From: a virus
Lineage: Duplodnaviria > Caudoviricetes
Strand: one strand, 5' to 3'
DNA: 64,000 bases
Virus record (IMG/VR): IMGVR_UViG_3300020037_003256
Coordinates: 155,271 to 219,270 of that record
A program made the translations under genes and the position numbers. Shown here in pieces: positions 10,013-19,585 of the stretch (positions are counted from its first letter, which is position 1; the number at the start of each line of letters is the position of its first letter). Under the pieces are notes generated by a model, which saw nothing but the letters and a program-made list of their open reading frames with translations, did no database searches and was not told the DNA's origin.

Positions 10013-10822
10013 TTAAGACTCCTGTAGCTGTGATTTGACCACGTGCATCATTTGGGTGATGACGTCTGGATCCGGTCCCTGCCACTTGGCCACGAACATG
10101 TTCGCGACGTGTAGAGTCGAAAACGAGTCTGTTCCTGTAATAACCACGTTTACGTGGAACTTTACCCCTAACCGTTTCAGCTCTACAATCAGTGTTTTTA
10201 CAGCTGCAGTACAGTCCACGGTAACGTTTGATTTTTTACCGACGAACCCAGACGCGTTAAGCACGGCAGACAAGCCACGAACTAGTTGCTTGGTTTCTGC
10301 AGACGTCGTTTCTTTAGGAAGCCCATCGTCAAAGGAGTCTAAGAAATCTTCGTACCTGCACCAGTACGCGTCAGCCGCGCTAAGCGTGAGTGAGCTTAAC
10401 GCGCCGTGCGTGCCGTACCAACCAGTTCCGTTTGACTTGAACTTCGTCGGTTCTCCACCTTTATCGAAAGTTACGTATATGGTCTCTGCAGTCATCTCTT
10501 TTGGATCTGGATAATGCTGAGCTATTTTGTGCCATATTTTGTAATGCATCTTATGTTTTCCTTGTTCTGGTTTCGCTACTTCCGGCGTTGTTTTAGGCGT
10601 TATTTTAGTCGCACCCGGTAACGCCCGCGTAAACACGTCTTTTCGACACCAATGGGTGTAATCTCTAAGTTTGACCGGCCCAATGCCCTCGTCGCCAAGG
10701 TAGTACCAAGCGGTTCCGTTTGACGTAACTTCACGGATGGAGCCACCGGCTTTAACCACGTAGAGCGTCACGTCCGGTCGCTCGGACGCGTACGGGTATG
10801 CTGCATCAATACTCTGCCACAT
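10013..10822 (-). CDS. Hypothetical protein with internally duplicated N-terminal domain
   Basis: Two W...YP...SNGT.WY...WCR units. Confidence 0.7.
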   Translation of the reverse strand: MWQSIDAAYPYASERPDVTLYVVKAGGSIREVTSNGTAWYYLGDEGIGPVKLRDYTHWCRKDVFTRALPGATKITPKTTPEVAKPEQGKHKMHYKIWHKIAQHYPDPKEMTAETIYVTFDKGGEPTKFKSNGTGWYGTHGALSSLTLSAADAYWCRYEDFLDSFDDGLPKETTSAETKQLVRGLSAVLNASGFVGKKSNVTVDCTAAVKTLIVELKRLGVKFHVNVVITGTDSFSTLHVANMFVAKWQGPDPDVITQMMHVVKSQLQES

Positions 10823-10826
10823 CTGC

Positions 10827-11150
10827 TTATCTCCTACAGCCTAGATAGTAACGACCTAACTCCGTAAGTCTGCAAGACCCACTCACCAGACCAATTCGGC
10901 GAAGCACCAAAGCTGCTCTGCGGTAATCCGAATCTCCGTACGGCGGATAACACGCATAAGAATCGCGATAAGCCATCATGGTATGGTAACCAACCGTATT
11001 TTCAGGCGGTTTCTTCGACGCATCCTTCAACACGCTCTCGTACCGATGTCCGATATCGGGCAGCTTGTGCCCGTTATCCTTTATGTGCCTATTGCGGTGA
11101 TGTCGCTCAATTAATTCTCTATCCCGCCTACATTGTGCTTTAGTTTTCAT
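10827..11150 (-). CDS. Hypothetical protein
   Basis: ORF from MKTKAQCRR; coupled to upstream gene. Confidence 0.55.
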   Translation of the reverse strand: MKTKAQCRRDRELIERHHRNRHIKDNGHKLPDIGHRYESVLKDASKKPPENTVGYHTMMAYRDSYACYPPYGDSDYRRAALVLRRIGLVSGSCRLTELGRYYLGCRR

Positions 11151-11622
11151 TCCTATGTACCCTAGGATCGTATTCCGACAACGGCACGACGAGCACAGGA
11201 GCAAACACCGTACAGTTCTTTTCTTCGGTATGATCGAAAACGCGGTAGGCACCGACACCGGCCTTAGCTACCTCCGCCTCGACTCGTTTTGTTGCCGCGT
11301 CCGTAAGATGGCTGGCACCTGTTTGCCAGTTCATACGTACGCCTACTTTGAACTGCTTCACAGGCTTATCGATTGTTACCTCGAAGCGGTCAGCCGTTAG
11401 AATATGTTCCTTCGGCTTTTCCGTAAAACGCCAACCCGGGCTAGCGTGTGGTTTACCGTCTTCTGTAAGAGCCGGCGTGTAATGCGGCTCCCAGCAAGCA
11501 CCAAGTTCTGCGGATTCCCATCTAAGTACGCCACCACGCGTAAGTAACCAATCTAAGATCTTGGCAGCACACGCGGCTGTGATTTGTATCTTGGTCGGAT
11601 TAATCTGTGTCGACGTCGCCAT
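11140..11622 (-). CDS. Hypothetical protein
   Basis: 160-aa ORF in packed operon. Confidence 0.65.
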   Translation of the reverse strand: MATSTQINPTKIQITAACAAKILDWLLTRGGVLRWESAELGACWEPHYTPALTEDGKPHASPGWRFTEKPKEHILTADRFEVTIDKPVKQFKVGVRMNWQTGASHLTDAATKRVEAEVAKAGVGAYRVFDHTEEKNCTVFAPVLVVPLSEYDPRVHRNEN

Positions 11623-11623
11623 A

Positions 11624-11971
11624 TCACGTTCCTTTGTTTACCTCGCACCCGTCTGGCAGCGTTAACCACGCAGGTTTGGGGGCACCACAAACCACTAACT
11701 CAAAAGAGCAGCCGCACTCAGCTACATGCGCCTTAAGCCTCAAAGCTACAGCGGGCCAGCATGCTTTGCATAGATCTTGAATCCGACGAAACTTACCGCA
11801 CACGTACTCGCCATGCGAAAAGATGGATTCCCCTGGCTCTAACTTCGTCTTACACGCCGAACACGATTTACGTCCGCCACGTTCCACACTACGGAACCAT
11901 TCTCGGTGAATACGTGGTTTAGTACGGTTCTTTGTCCGGGTAGCCGGTGATTTCGTCTCTGATGTTTTCAA
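11624..11971 (-). CDS. Cys-rich hypothetical protein
   Basis: CSAC...CKAC. Confidence 0.6.
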   Translation of the reverse strand: MKTSETKSPATRTKNRTKPRIHREWFRSVERGGRKSCSACKTKLEPGESIFSHGEYVCGKFRRIQDLCKACWPAVALRLKAHVAECGCSFELVVCGAPKPAWLTLPDGCEVNKGT

Positions 11972-12230
11972 CGGAGTCTTCTCCCAGGAAAGTCGGATTC
12001 ATGTCAGCTTGGATTTTCTTAGCCGTGGACTCCCCGATTGGGAACAAGGTGATGAGGCAGTCGTCAAGCAGTCGACTGTCAAGTACTACGCAGTACTCCA
12101 GCTTAATACGTACCGATCCATCGGCCTGTAACCACGCCGCACCCACCTGGCCTCGTTGCCCTGTTGCTCTGTCTAGTACGCACAAACGGTGAGTAGGTAC
12201 TGTCGTGTTTCGTGATTTCTGACGGGCCAT
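11919..12230 (-). CDS. Hypothetical protein (possible small OB/ssDNA-binding type)
   Basis: GQVGAAW...GSVRIKL pattern with acidic tail. Confidence 0.5.
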   Translation of the reverse strand: MARQKSRNTTVPTHRLCVLDRATGQRGQVGAAWLQADGSVRIKLEYCVVLDSRLLDDCLITLFPIGESTAKKIQADMNPTFLGEDSVENIRDEITGYPDKEPY

Positions 12231-12231
12231 C

Positions 12232-12525
12232 TTACGTCCTTTCTAGGAGTTCTAACTCCAAATGATCTACCAATTGAAGTAGTTCTTCGCTTGTCTGCGA
12301 GTACTCGAACCAAAGGCTGGATCCGAACTTGCACTTATAGGATTTTTGTTGCACACGTCCGGCTTCAAAAGTAAGTGTCCGGATCTGGTCGAGTACCCAC
12401 TGTCTGCGGTACTTTGTTTTGTACCCTAGTTCTAGGCGTTTGGTGCCGATGTACTTCAACGCCAACTGCTTCAGCTCGCGATTGTGTTCCGCTTGCTGTT
12501 CCCTTGCAGCGTTTACTTTTTTCAT
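12232..12525 (-). CDS. Hypothetical protein
   Basis: ORF in packed operon. Confidence 0.6.
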   Translation of the reverse strand: MKKVNAAREQQAEHNRELKQLALKYIGTKRLELGYKTKYRRQWVLDQIRTLTFEAGRVQQKSYKCKFGSSLWFEYSQTSEELLQLVDHLELELLERT

Positions 12526-12532
12526 ACCGTCC

Positions 12533-13111
12533 TCAGTGTTCTTGATGCGTTTCCGCGAATTTTACTTCCTCTTCAAGGGTGTAACACGGGTACCCGGGAG
12601 TACCCTCTAAACCGTCTAAGCTGTCTGATATGGGCGGATGCGGTTTTCCACAGTGATCTTCGAACAAGTCGAATAGGTCTTGTTTAGTTTGCGTCCAATG
12701 CGCAAACCTGTCCGCAAAGGCGAACGGATAAGCCATGCGTCTTCTGCGGTCTTTGCGGATGTAGTACCGCCCTAGATTTATCGATTCTCGGTTGTAGCTG
12801 AACACGTCGCAATCCGCCGACATATCGTCTAATACGTCATTCAGCATTGCGTTAAATCCGACCCAATCGAGCCCCTCTAGAAATGTTGCTCGTTTGATTC
12901 GCCTTGGTATTCCTAGGGCCTGGCATGGTCCCGGGTGTGCCCCGCAATAGCTTTTCTTTGTCCGTACACGTACGTAACTTACTTTGAGCCCGGGGCGATA
13001 CCGTACTCTTCCAGTTTCGAGTACCGCCGAGAATCTGCTCTTTTCTATGGTTTCTTTAACCCGGTACGTAATCATCTCCAGCGACGCATTGTCGCTTGGT
13101 AATAACCACAT
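12533..13111 (-). CDS. Hypothetical protein
   Basis: ORF with GGAGG SD. Confidence 0.65.
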   Translation of the reverse strand: MWLLPSDNASLEMITYRVKETIEKSRFSAVLETGRVRYRPGLKVSYVRVRTKKSYCGAHPGPCQALGIPRRIKRATFLEGLDWVGFNAMLNDVLDDMSADCDVFSYNRESINLGRYYIRKDRRRRMAYPFAFADRFAHWTQTKQDLFDLFEDHCGKPHPPISDSLDGLEGTPGYPCYTLEEEVKFAETHQEH

Positions 13112-13123
13112 AAACCCTCCTAG

Positions 13124-14161
13124 TCATTTATCGATATCTAGCATGCACATGTAGTTTTCCCCGGAAAAGCCGAACGGGGCGTGTGATTCAAGAATTGCCA
13201 GCATTAACCCATCTGCCGAAAATGCCACCCTTGCTGCGCGAATGTCATACGTAGTGATTACGCTAATATCGTTTATGTTGTCGGGATTCAAAGCCAGCAA
13301 CGCAAGCTCTAGTGTGTACGCACGTAAACCATGTTTCACGTACGCGACAGCCATAATTTTGCCATCTTCAGACACGTCGATATCTACAATCTCGGCTTCG
13401 CGGGGTATTGGAAGAAGCGTATCACTCATCTTCTGATACAAATCGATACCGTTGGGACACAACCCGCTTTTGTGTAGCCGGTAATAGCCACAACCGTACA
13501 ACAACCTATCGAACTGCCCTACCATGTCCGCTGCGTCGTCGAAATATAGACACGTAGTGTACAGATTACCGTCACGACACAACTTGCTAATCGCGGTGTT
13601 AATTGAGGAGTATCCGGCGTATGGAAACCTCCGCGTAATATGCTTATGTTTAGCTCGCAGTATCGGCGATAATCCTTGAAACGTGTCATCACCAAGGCTA
13701 ACGTACAGCCCATTACGTTTACCTTTATGAAGAGTAACACCACACGGCGGATTGTAGTTCAAGGTAACAAGCTGATACGCACTACCGCCGCTAGTCAGCC
13801 CGATACCTGAACAGGCACCGACAATACGTTCTCCAACGGTAGGTATTAAGAAATAATTGGCAAACGTGCTCGAATGCTCGTCATCCAGGCACTCAGTAAT
13901 TCTTGTCATTCTCGCGATACCACAGCCGAAATTAAGAATACGGTTATCTGCCCTCTCAGCCCGCGACGTTACAAACCAATCAACAGCTTTATCCGTGTCG
14001 CGTAGTACTCCAAGTTTGCGAGTGACCCGATTTATGTGTGAGCTGTTTTGGTTTATTTTGTGATTCACGTAGCCACGATAGAACAGAATAAAATCATCGT
14101 CGTAGCGTATACCCAGATCGTCTCTGTATAGCGACGGCAGGGCTATTGGTATTTTTCGCAT
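13124..14161 (-). CDS. Hypothetical protein, C-terminal beta-propeller-like strands
   Basis: DIDVSEDGKIMAV and VAFSADGLMLA (WD40-like); GGAG SD. Confidence 0.6.
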   Translation of the reverse strand: MRKIPIALPSLYRDDLGIRYDDDFILFYRGYVNHKINQNSSHINRVTRKLGVLRDTDKAVDWFVTSRAERADNRILNFGCGIARMTRITECLDDEHSSTFANYFLIPTVGERIVGACSGIGLTSGGSAYQLVTLNYNPPCGVTLHKGKRNGLYVSLGDDTFQGLSPILRAKHKHITRRFPYAGYSSINTAISKLCRDGNLYTTCLYFDDAADMVGQFDRLLYGCGYYRLHKSGLCPNGIDLYQKMSDTLLPIPREAEIVDIDVSEDGKIMAVAYVKHGLRAYTLELALLALNPDNINDISVITTYDIRAARVAFSADGLMLAILESHAPFGFSGENYMCMLDIDK

Positions 14162-14179
14162 AGTGCTCCAATAAAGACC

Positions 14180-14569
14180 CTAGACTAACCCCGGGTCTTT
14201 CGTTTTGTTTTTGTCTACAGAGTAGCCCAGCTGGCTAAGCGCTTCATTCCAGCAAGCCGCTTGCCAAGCCTTACTTGGCGTTTTATTCTTCTTTGCTTCT
14301 TCTAGAAACAACCCTAAGATTCGCACGCGTCTGTTGAGCCGCGTCGAAATGACGCGGCACAGCGTACGGTAGGCTTCTCGAAATTCCTTAGGTTCTAGTG
14401 TCGTAAGATTTGGGGCGAAAACGTGCTCCAACCATTCTTCCAAATCCCTACGCCCATCCGCTGTTGAATAGTTCCAGACAATATCTCGAGCGCTGAGTAT
14501 AGGGACAGCTTCTGGCCAACCCTCTTGCGACGTATCGTCGCTATCAGGCTGCTTCCGTGTTCGGCTCAT
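14180..14569 (-). CDS. Hypothetical protein
   Basis: ORF from MSRTRKQ. Confidence 0.6.
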   Translation of the reverse strand: MSRTRKQPDSDDTSQEGWPEAVPILSARDIVWNYSTADGRRDLEEWLEHVFAPNLTTLEPKEFREAYRTLCRVISTRLNRRVRILGLFLEEAKKNKTPSKAWQAACWNEALSQLGYSVDKNKTKDPGLV

Positions 14570-15029
14570 GTTTTTCCGGCTCCATAAGCTCACGCAACGC
14601 AGTTATGACGCCATCAACCGTTTTCTGGCAGTCTTCCAGATCTGTGCGATTTCTGAACTCGCGTTGTTCGTGTGTCGCAAATCCTTTGTTAATCAATACA
14701 GCAGAAGACGCAAGGAGGATTACACGCTGGCGTACGCAGTAGCCGATGGCCCAATCATCTTCATATGAGCGTACAAGATGATCCCACCGTTCACGCACTT
14801 TACGCATAAACAGCAAGTGACTGAACAGAACACAAACAGGTAACGACGTGTAGGCTCGTCGCTCCGGGAGTTGCTGTACTTCTGGAATCAGCGGAGAACC
14901 AACAGCGTTGTTGTGCCTATCTCGGTGCGTATTGACCCAAGACGTCAGACGTTCCAGCGCTGCGTATAATCCTTCCGGCGTTGTACCTTCGGTGGGGTAC
15001 GGCGGACTTGCTAGTAATGTAATAGCCAA
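14544..15029 (-). CDS. Hypothetical protein
   Basis: TTG start with AAGGAG SD. Confidence 0.6.
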   Translation of the reverse strand: MAITLLASPPYPTEGTTPEGLYAALERLTSWVNTHRDRHNNAVGSPLIPEVQQLPERRAYTSLPVCVLFSHLLFMRKVRERWDHLVRSYEDDWAIGYCVRQRVILLASSAVLINKGFATHEQREFRNRTDLEDCQKTVDGVITALRELMEPEKHEPNTEAA

Positions 15030-15040
15030 GACGATCTCCT

Positions 15041-16009
15041 TTATCTGGGTTTAGGTATAGTGCCATGCGGCAGCTTGTAGGCAGAAGTGGCACGAAAGTT
15101 GCGCAAAGCTAAAATTACTTCGGAGCAAATAACAGGGTCGCCGCGCAGCATCCAAAGTGGATAGCGAACAGCCAAAGAGAATGCTTCACACAACCCTTGC
15201 TTACTGGCTTCCGCCAAGGCACAACGAACGAAGTGGCGGCGTATCCGTTCGCCTTCTGGTCGCGTGTTACGGTATTCTTTCACAAGGGATTCTGGTGAAT
15301 CTTTCTTAACCATAAGCACGCCGTACCGCGTTAGGCAGACGTGCGTACACTCGTGATCTACAGAAACGTCAAAACCAACATAACCGTATTCCGCTTTAAA
15401 ACCGTCAAACTCGACTTTACGACTGGACGACACCCAGTTCTTAAGCACAAACCGAACGTGTGTCGCTACTGTTCCTACGTTGAACGGTAATCCAGGCTTC
15501 ACGAAGGCCTGCTTTCTTCGAAACCAGACAAGCTTCAGGTCTTTCCTAAGTAGCTCCAGTTGTTTTTTGTTTCGGGTCACGGGCAACCCCTGTTCCTCTT
15601 CCCACAACTGCTGGCCTTGCATGTACGGGCCACTCGTTCCGTAAAGCACGGTTTCCATTCTGCGAAAAGGATCCAATACCCGCTGTCTGGCAAAGCAAAA
15701 CGGGCAAAACAGTGCACGACCACAGGTTCGAGTCTGGTCAGTTGTGTAAACGCCGAACGGCGGACAGTTCTTCAAAAACAACACTTGCGTGCCGCAGGTT
15801 AGTCCGGGACATGTACGCGTCGAATACAAAGCGTCGCAACGTGCTCGCCACTGCGTACGCAAAGTCCCGAATGCTGCGGGAATATCTTCCAACTGCCGCT
15901 GGGTGTCACGACCGAATACTGGGACGAACACGGATACTCTCGAAGCCTGGTGCCTATACGCGTTACATACTTTAAAAACGGCGAAGTCTCGCAGTTTTTT
16001 CGTGGTCAT
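15041..16009 (-). CDS. Zinc-binding protein, possibly a degenerate HUH/Rep-like protein
   Basis: CPG..C...CGRALFCPFC cluster, HECTHV and AVRYP. Confidence 0.45.
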   Translation of the reverse strand: MTTKKLRDFAVFKVCNAYRHQASRVSVFVPVFGRDTQRQLEDIPAAFGTLRTQWRARCDALYSTRTCPGLTCGTQVLFLKNCPPFGVYTTDQTRTCGRALFCPFCFARQRVLDPFRRMETVLYGTSGPYMQGQQLWEEEQGLPVTRNKKQLELLRKDLKLVWFRRKQAFVKPGLPFNVGTVATHVRFVLKNWVSSSRKVEFDGFKAEYGYVGFDVSVDHECTHVCLTRYGVLMVKKDSPESLVKEYRNTRPEGERIRRHFVRCALAEASKQGLCEAFSLAVRYPLWMLRGDPVICSEVILALRNFRATSAYKLPHGTIPKPR

Positions 16010-16040
16010 TGCGTGTCCCGGAAAAACGACGTTTGTTAGT

Positions 16041-16071
16041 ATTATTAGGACAAAATTTTTGTCCTAATAAT
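16041..16071. repeat. Perfect 15-bp inverted repeat in AT-rich intergenic region
   Basis: attattaggacaaaa-t-ttttgtcctaataat. Confidence 0.9.
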
Positions 16072-16121
16072 CAATAAAGATAAATAAAAACACTGCTTAC
16101 GCAGGTTTTTAAAACAAGAAG

Positions 16122-16526
16122 TTACTCGTAGGGTCCTGCAGGTATTTCAGCACCGAAAGGTGGTATGTTGGTACCGTGTGCGCCTTGATAGTAATGACTA
16201 CACTTCACCGAACAAAAGCAAAGCGGTAAATGTTCTGCAGTTTCGTTGGCTTGCTTAAAAGCTTCTACTGCGTCTACTGCTTTGTACTGTTTCTGACAGT
16301 GCTGACACAAGAACTGGGTTGTTGGTGTGATTTGCATACCGTATTTGCTCAGATATAAGGGTTCTAATTCCGAACCGATTCCGATAAGTGGTTTTTCTTT
16401 TGTGCGTGATACGCTCCAACTTTGCCAATCCGTTTTGTTGTCTGTCACAAACGCGAACATATCGGCAAAATCATCAAAGCACCTATTACCGCTGATGCCG
16501 GCAATCCGGTACGACACCATAAACAT
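16122..16526 (-). CDS. Hypothetical protein with TRASH/MYM-like Cys cluster
   Basis: CQHC...CFCSVKC; GGAGG SD. Confidence 0.6.
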   Translation of the reverse strand: MFMVSYRIAGISGNRCFDDFADMFAFVTDNKTDWQSWSVSRTKEKPLIGIGSELEPLYLSKYGMQITPTTQFLCQHCQKQYKAVDAVEAFKQANETAEHLPLCFCSVKCSHYYQGAHGTNIPPFGAEIPAGPYE

Positions 16527-16545
16527 AGGTGCCTCCGAGGTTCTG

Positions 16546-16569
16546 ATTTTAAAAAACGTTTTTTAGAAT
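16546..16569 (-). promoter_or_regulatory. Conserved 24-bp dyad motif, copy 2
   Basis: attttaaaaaacgttttttagaat, directly after the alpha-CTD gene stop. Confidence 0.75.
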
Positions 16570-16904
16570 TACGATTTGCGTCTCGACCTGGTCGTTCTTT
16601 TCCAGGCCGCTGGTGGTTCTAACCCTAGCTTACGAACTGCGTTTTCAACTTCGGACAAGGTCTTGTCGCCGAAATTCTTCATACGCATAAGCGTCTCATG
16701 TGTTTGCTTCATGAGATCTTCTACTAAAAGTACACTGTGCTCTTCTAGCGTATTAATTACACGCACAGGTAACTTTAGATCTGCGATCGGCGTTTTGTAC
16801 TTCTGCGACAGTACGTATTCTGCACGTTGCTCGTCTGACCACGAAGACATGTTCGGCTCAGAGTTCCGAACATGTCGTCTGTACCGTCTGTTTTCTGGAG
16901 GCAC
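16569..16904 (-). CDS. Stand-alone RNA polymerase alpha subunit C-terminal domain protein
   Basis: TPIADLKLPVRVINTLEEHSVLLVEDLMKQTHETLMRMKNFGDKTLSEV matches the alpha-CTD consensus (IxELxLSVRxxNxL...NFGxKSLxEI). Confidence 0.85.
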   Translation of the reverse strand: MPPENRRYRRHVRNSEPNMSSWSDEQRAEYVLSQKYKTPIADLKLPVRVINTLEEHSVLLVEDLMKQTHETLMRMKNFGDKTLSEVENAVRKLGLEPPAAWKRTTRSRRKS

Positions 16905-16915
16905 AACGGTCTCCG

Positions 16916-17698
16916 CTATTTGACAAATGGTAACGTAAGCCCCGTTTGATCTTGGTATTTAGCGTTCTTCTTTTGGCTATACGCTCGCTCCGGGCGTCCT
17001 ACCATAAGCTGAAACTGTGCCTGTGCTATTCCTTGCCAAGCAAAAATCTCGACCGGGTTCGGTGTTGAATTTGAGATCTCTACCGTAACTGTACCACGCC
17101 ACCCCGGTTCAAATGGCGTGAAGTTTGTAATGATACCGCACCTTGCATAGGTGCTTTTGCCGAGACACAGGCAGTTGATGTTGCGAGGAATCTCTAAACG
17201 TTCCACTGTTTCCGCCAACGCAAACGAATTTGGCGGAATGAAAATCGACTCAGCTGTTGCGCCGTTGCCAATCTCTTCACAACGCAGTCTTGACTTGATA
17301 CTGCCTTGTTCCACGCCGCAGCCGTAACAAGTTCCACCCGTCCGAGACCATTTGTGCCCACTGAGGTCCCGCGTTATGAACGCATCTTCTGGTATGTTCT
17401 TCGGAGATACTACACCGGTATGCACGTTGGTAAATATCTTGAATAACCCGCTGACCCGAACATCGTAACCGCAGCTAGACAGGCCATAGCTTACTGTCGA
17501 TGCCGGACACTCATCGTAGTCGAAGAACCCGTCAATTGTTACGAATTGTCGGATTGCCCAATCTGGCAACACGGAGCCTATCACGGGCGGTGCCCCGTCC
17601 TTAGATCGCGCAGGCAGGAACTCCTTGCTTATGCCGAAGTCAATGAGCTGGTTAATGTCGATACTTTCGATACCAACACCACCTGGTTTACGTGCCAT
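16916..17698 (-). CDS. dcd: dCTP deaminase
   Basis: SYGLSSCGYDVR, IPPNSFAL, GKSTYARCG, TPFEPGWRG, EISN and KYQDQ; start set at MARKPGG. Confidence 0.93.
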   Translation of the reverse strand: MARKPGGVGIESIDINQLIDFGISKEFLPARSKDGAPPVIGSVLPDWAIRQFVTIDGFFDYDECPASTVSYGLSSCGYDVRVSGLFKIFTNVHTGVVSPKNIPEDAFITRDLSGHKWSRTGGTCYGCGVEQGSIKSRLRCEEIGNGATAESIFIPPNSFALAETVERLEIPRNINCLCLGKSTYARCGIITNFTPFEPGWRGTVTVEISNSTPNPVEIFAWQGIAQAQFQLMVGRPERAYSQKKNAKYQDQTGLTLPFVK

Positions 17699-18170
17699 CT
17701 GTTTTCCTCTCCCTATCCCGTGTGAACGTATAGAAATCTTGTCCGTCCCAGTCTTTGATGCGTGGGGCCTGTGGATCAAAAGAGAATCCGCAGGCAACTA
17801 ACAACTGCTGTGCGGCTAAATTTCGTTCTGGTATATTTGCTTTAAACGCCTTAGTCGGGTTTAGCCGTAAAACCGAGTTAAGCATAAAGCTACCCCAACC
17901 TTTACGTCGGTACTCTGGCGCAACGACAATACGATACACAAATCCTTCTGTCCTTTTCATTGCGCACATTATAGCTCCACAGACTTTATCTTTGCCTGGA
18001 AACCTAACGTCATCTCCGTGATCTATAAGGACTTTTGCCGACATCGCCGCCAGCATTTCTTTCATAAGGATACGCGTCCAGTCATCACCCGGACAACAAG
18101 CGCTTAGAAGCGATAATAGTGATTCTGTGTGTGGCTTGGTATGCCATTGTAATCGAATAGGGTACGGCAT
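17688..18170 (-). CDS. GNAT (RimI-like) acetyltransferase
   Basis: IVVAPEYRRKGWGS acetyl-CoA motif; NLAAQQLLVACGF. Confidence 0.85.
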   Translation of the reverse strand: MPYPIRLQWHTKPHTESLLSLLSACCPGDDWTRILMKEMLAAMSAKVLIDHGDDVRFPGKDKVCGAIMCAMKRTEGFVYRIVVAPEYRRKGWGSFMLNSVLRLNPTKAFKANIPERNLAAQQLLVACGFSFDPQAPRIKDWDGQDFYTFTRDRERKTDGT

Positions 18171-18191
18171 TACTTGATAGATACCTGACTC

Positions 18192-18821
18192 CTAGGCGTT
18201 AATTTCGTAAACAGATCGCGTTTCCTTAATTGCCGAAACTAAGGTGTCTGTTTGGTCTTTGTATATCCGTCTAGCCAGCTTTGATAGTTGGTCTGCGTAC
18301 TTATTTAAAGCGCAGCCCTCGCCGTCTGTGTGTCCGCGTACGTGGTGCCAATGCAACACAAAACCATGACGTGCGTAAATATCCATCATGGCCCATAGGC
18401 CTGCATTCTTTCGCATAGTACGACTGGTACTGCTACCAGTAAGACGACAGTAATCGGAATCGGTGATTATGTGGACCTGGAAAGCTCTTACGGGAGCATC
18501 ATGTTTTTCACGTCGCTCGATCTCTCGGCTACTTAACCATTCCAAAGGTTGAATGTAGGCCATGATTTCCGCGATGTTTACCGTTCCGTGGTTCATGCTG
18601 CCTATATGGATCAACCGCTCCATGGTCTCGCGTTCTATGCTGACGCAGGCCCAACCGGCTTCCCGCTTCCAGGTCGATCCTGACCCGTCGCCGATCAGTA
18701 ATATATCCCAGTTTTTAATCGCTAAACGATCTAATAACTCGTTCAGCGATTCTTTCTCCAGCGCTTCCATCTCCAGCTTTTTCGGCTGGGAGCTGGGCTT
18801 TGGCTTTTTCGAGTTTTTCAT
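18192..18821 (-). CDS. rnhA: Ribonuclease HI-like protein
   Basis: GDGSG, TVNIAEIMA, ITDSDY, HVRGH and NKYADQL catalytic motifs. Confidence 0.85.
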   Translation of the reverse strand: MKNSKKPKPSSQPKKLEMEALEKESLNELLDRLAIKNWDILLIGDGSGSTWKREAGWACVSIERETMERLIHIGSMNHGTVNIAEIMAYIQPLEWLSSREIERREKHDAPVRAFQVHIITDSDYCRLTGSSTSRTMRKNAGLWAMMDIYARHGFVLHWHHVRGHTDGEGCALNKYADQLSKLARRIYKDQTDTLVSAIKETRSVYEINA

Positions 18822-19149
18822 TTGCGTCTAATAGGTCCTTATAAAGTCCTGTCAGATCTGATTGTAACTTCAGGGCCAGCTCCATTCCTCGCCCCAGCTG
18901 TATGTCTAGCAGTCTAAGCGTTTGGTAGACGCTTCCAACTATTCCATCCGGTGTAGTCACTGGGCCATCTGGGCCTACCCATAATCCGTGGTTGATCTCT
19001 GCTTCATTCAATTTACCGTTCCAGCAGATAGCCACGGAGACAGCTTTGACTTCGGGATGATGGAGGAACACGTCACGACATGCCTCTTGTAGTCTATTGC
19101 AGACAGCCAAGTCAAATGTTGTCTGGTTTTGGGTCGTCGGTTGGTCCAT
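18715..19149 (-). CDS. Hypothetical protein
   Basis: ORF from MDQPTT. Confidence 0.55.
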   Translation of the reverse strand: MDQPTTQNQTTFDLAVCNRLQEACRDVFLHHPEVKAVSVAICWNGKLNEAEINHGLWVGPDGPVTTPDGIVGSVYQTLRLLDIQLGRGMELALKLQSDLTGLYKDLLDANEKLEKAKAQLPAEKAGDGSAGERIAERVIRSFSD

Positions 19150-19582
19150 ATTTTCTCTCGTCAAAAGGTAAAACGTCTGGGTCTGCGTGACTCTCACTCG
19201 CATTATCAACTACGGGGGTCCAGTCCACCCTGTCTTCTTTAGGCGTACGACAATACGCGTAAGCTAGATCGTTACCCAAGTTTGCCAGCCTGGAGACGGC
19301 TAGGCCTGTAACGAATAACTTGACACCTATCCCAATCAGAACGAACGGCCACAGGTAGATGTTATCTGTGTACGTTGGCACCGGCGCGAAGACGACGCAT
19401 GACACAATAACACCCACCGAAACGGATAAGCAAAACGGGCACTTCAACAAATAGCCGAACCAGTTATCTAGTAGATCAGCTTTAGCACGAAACGTAGCCA
19501 TGATATAAGAGTGTCGCCAGATCTCCACGCTTTGCCACGTCGCGGCCACTGCAATAACCAACTCGACCAATGCTGAACTCAT
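19112..19582 (-). CDS. DUF1360-like membrane protein
   Basis: GYLLKCPFCLSV motif with hydrophobic helices. Confidence 0.65.
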   Translation of the reverse strand: MSSALVELVIAVAATWQSVEIWRHSYIMATFRAKADLLDNWFGYLLKCPFCLSVSVGVIVSCVVFAPVPTYTDNIYLWPFVLIGIGVKLFVTGLAVSRLANLGNDLAYAYCRTPKEDRVDWTPVVDNASESHADPDVLPFDERKYGPTDDPKPDNI

Positions 19583-19585
19583 GTC

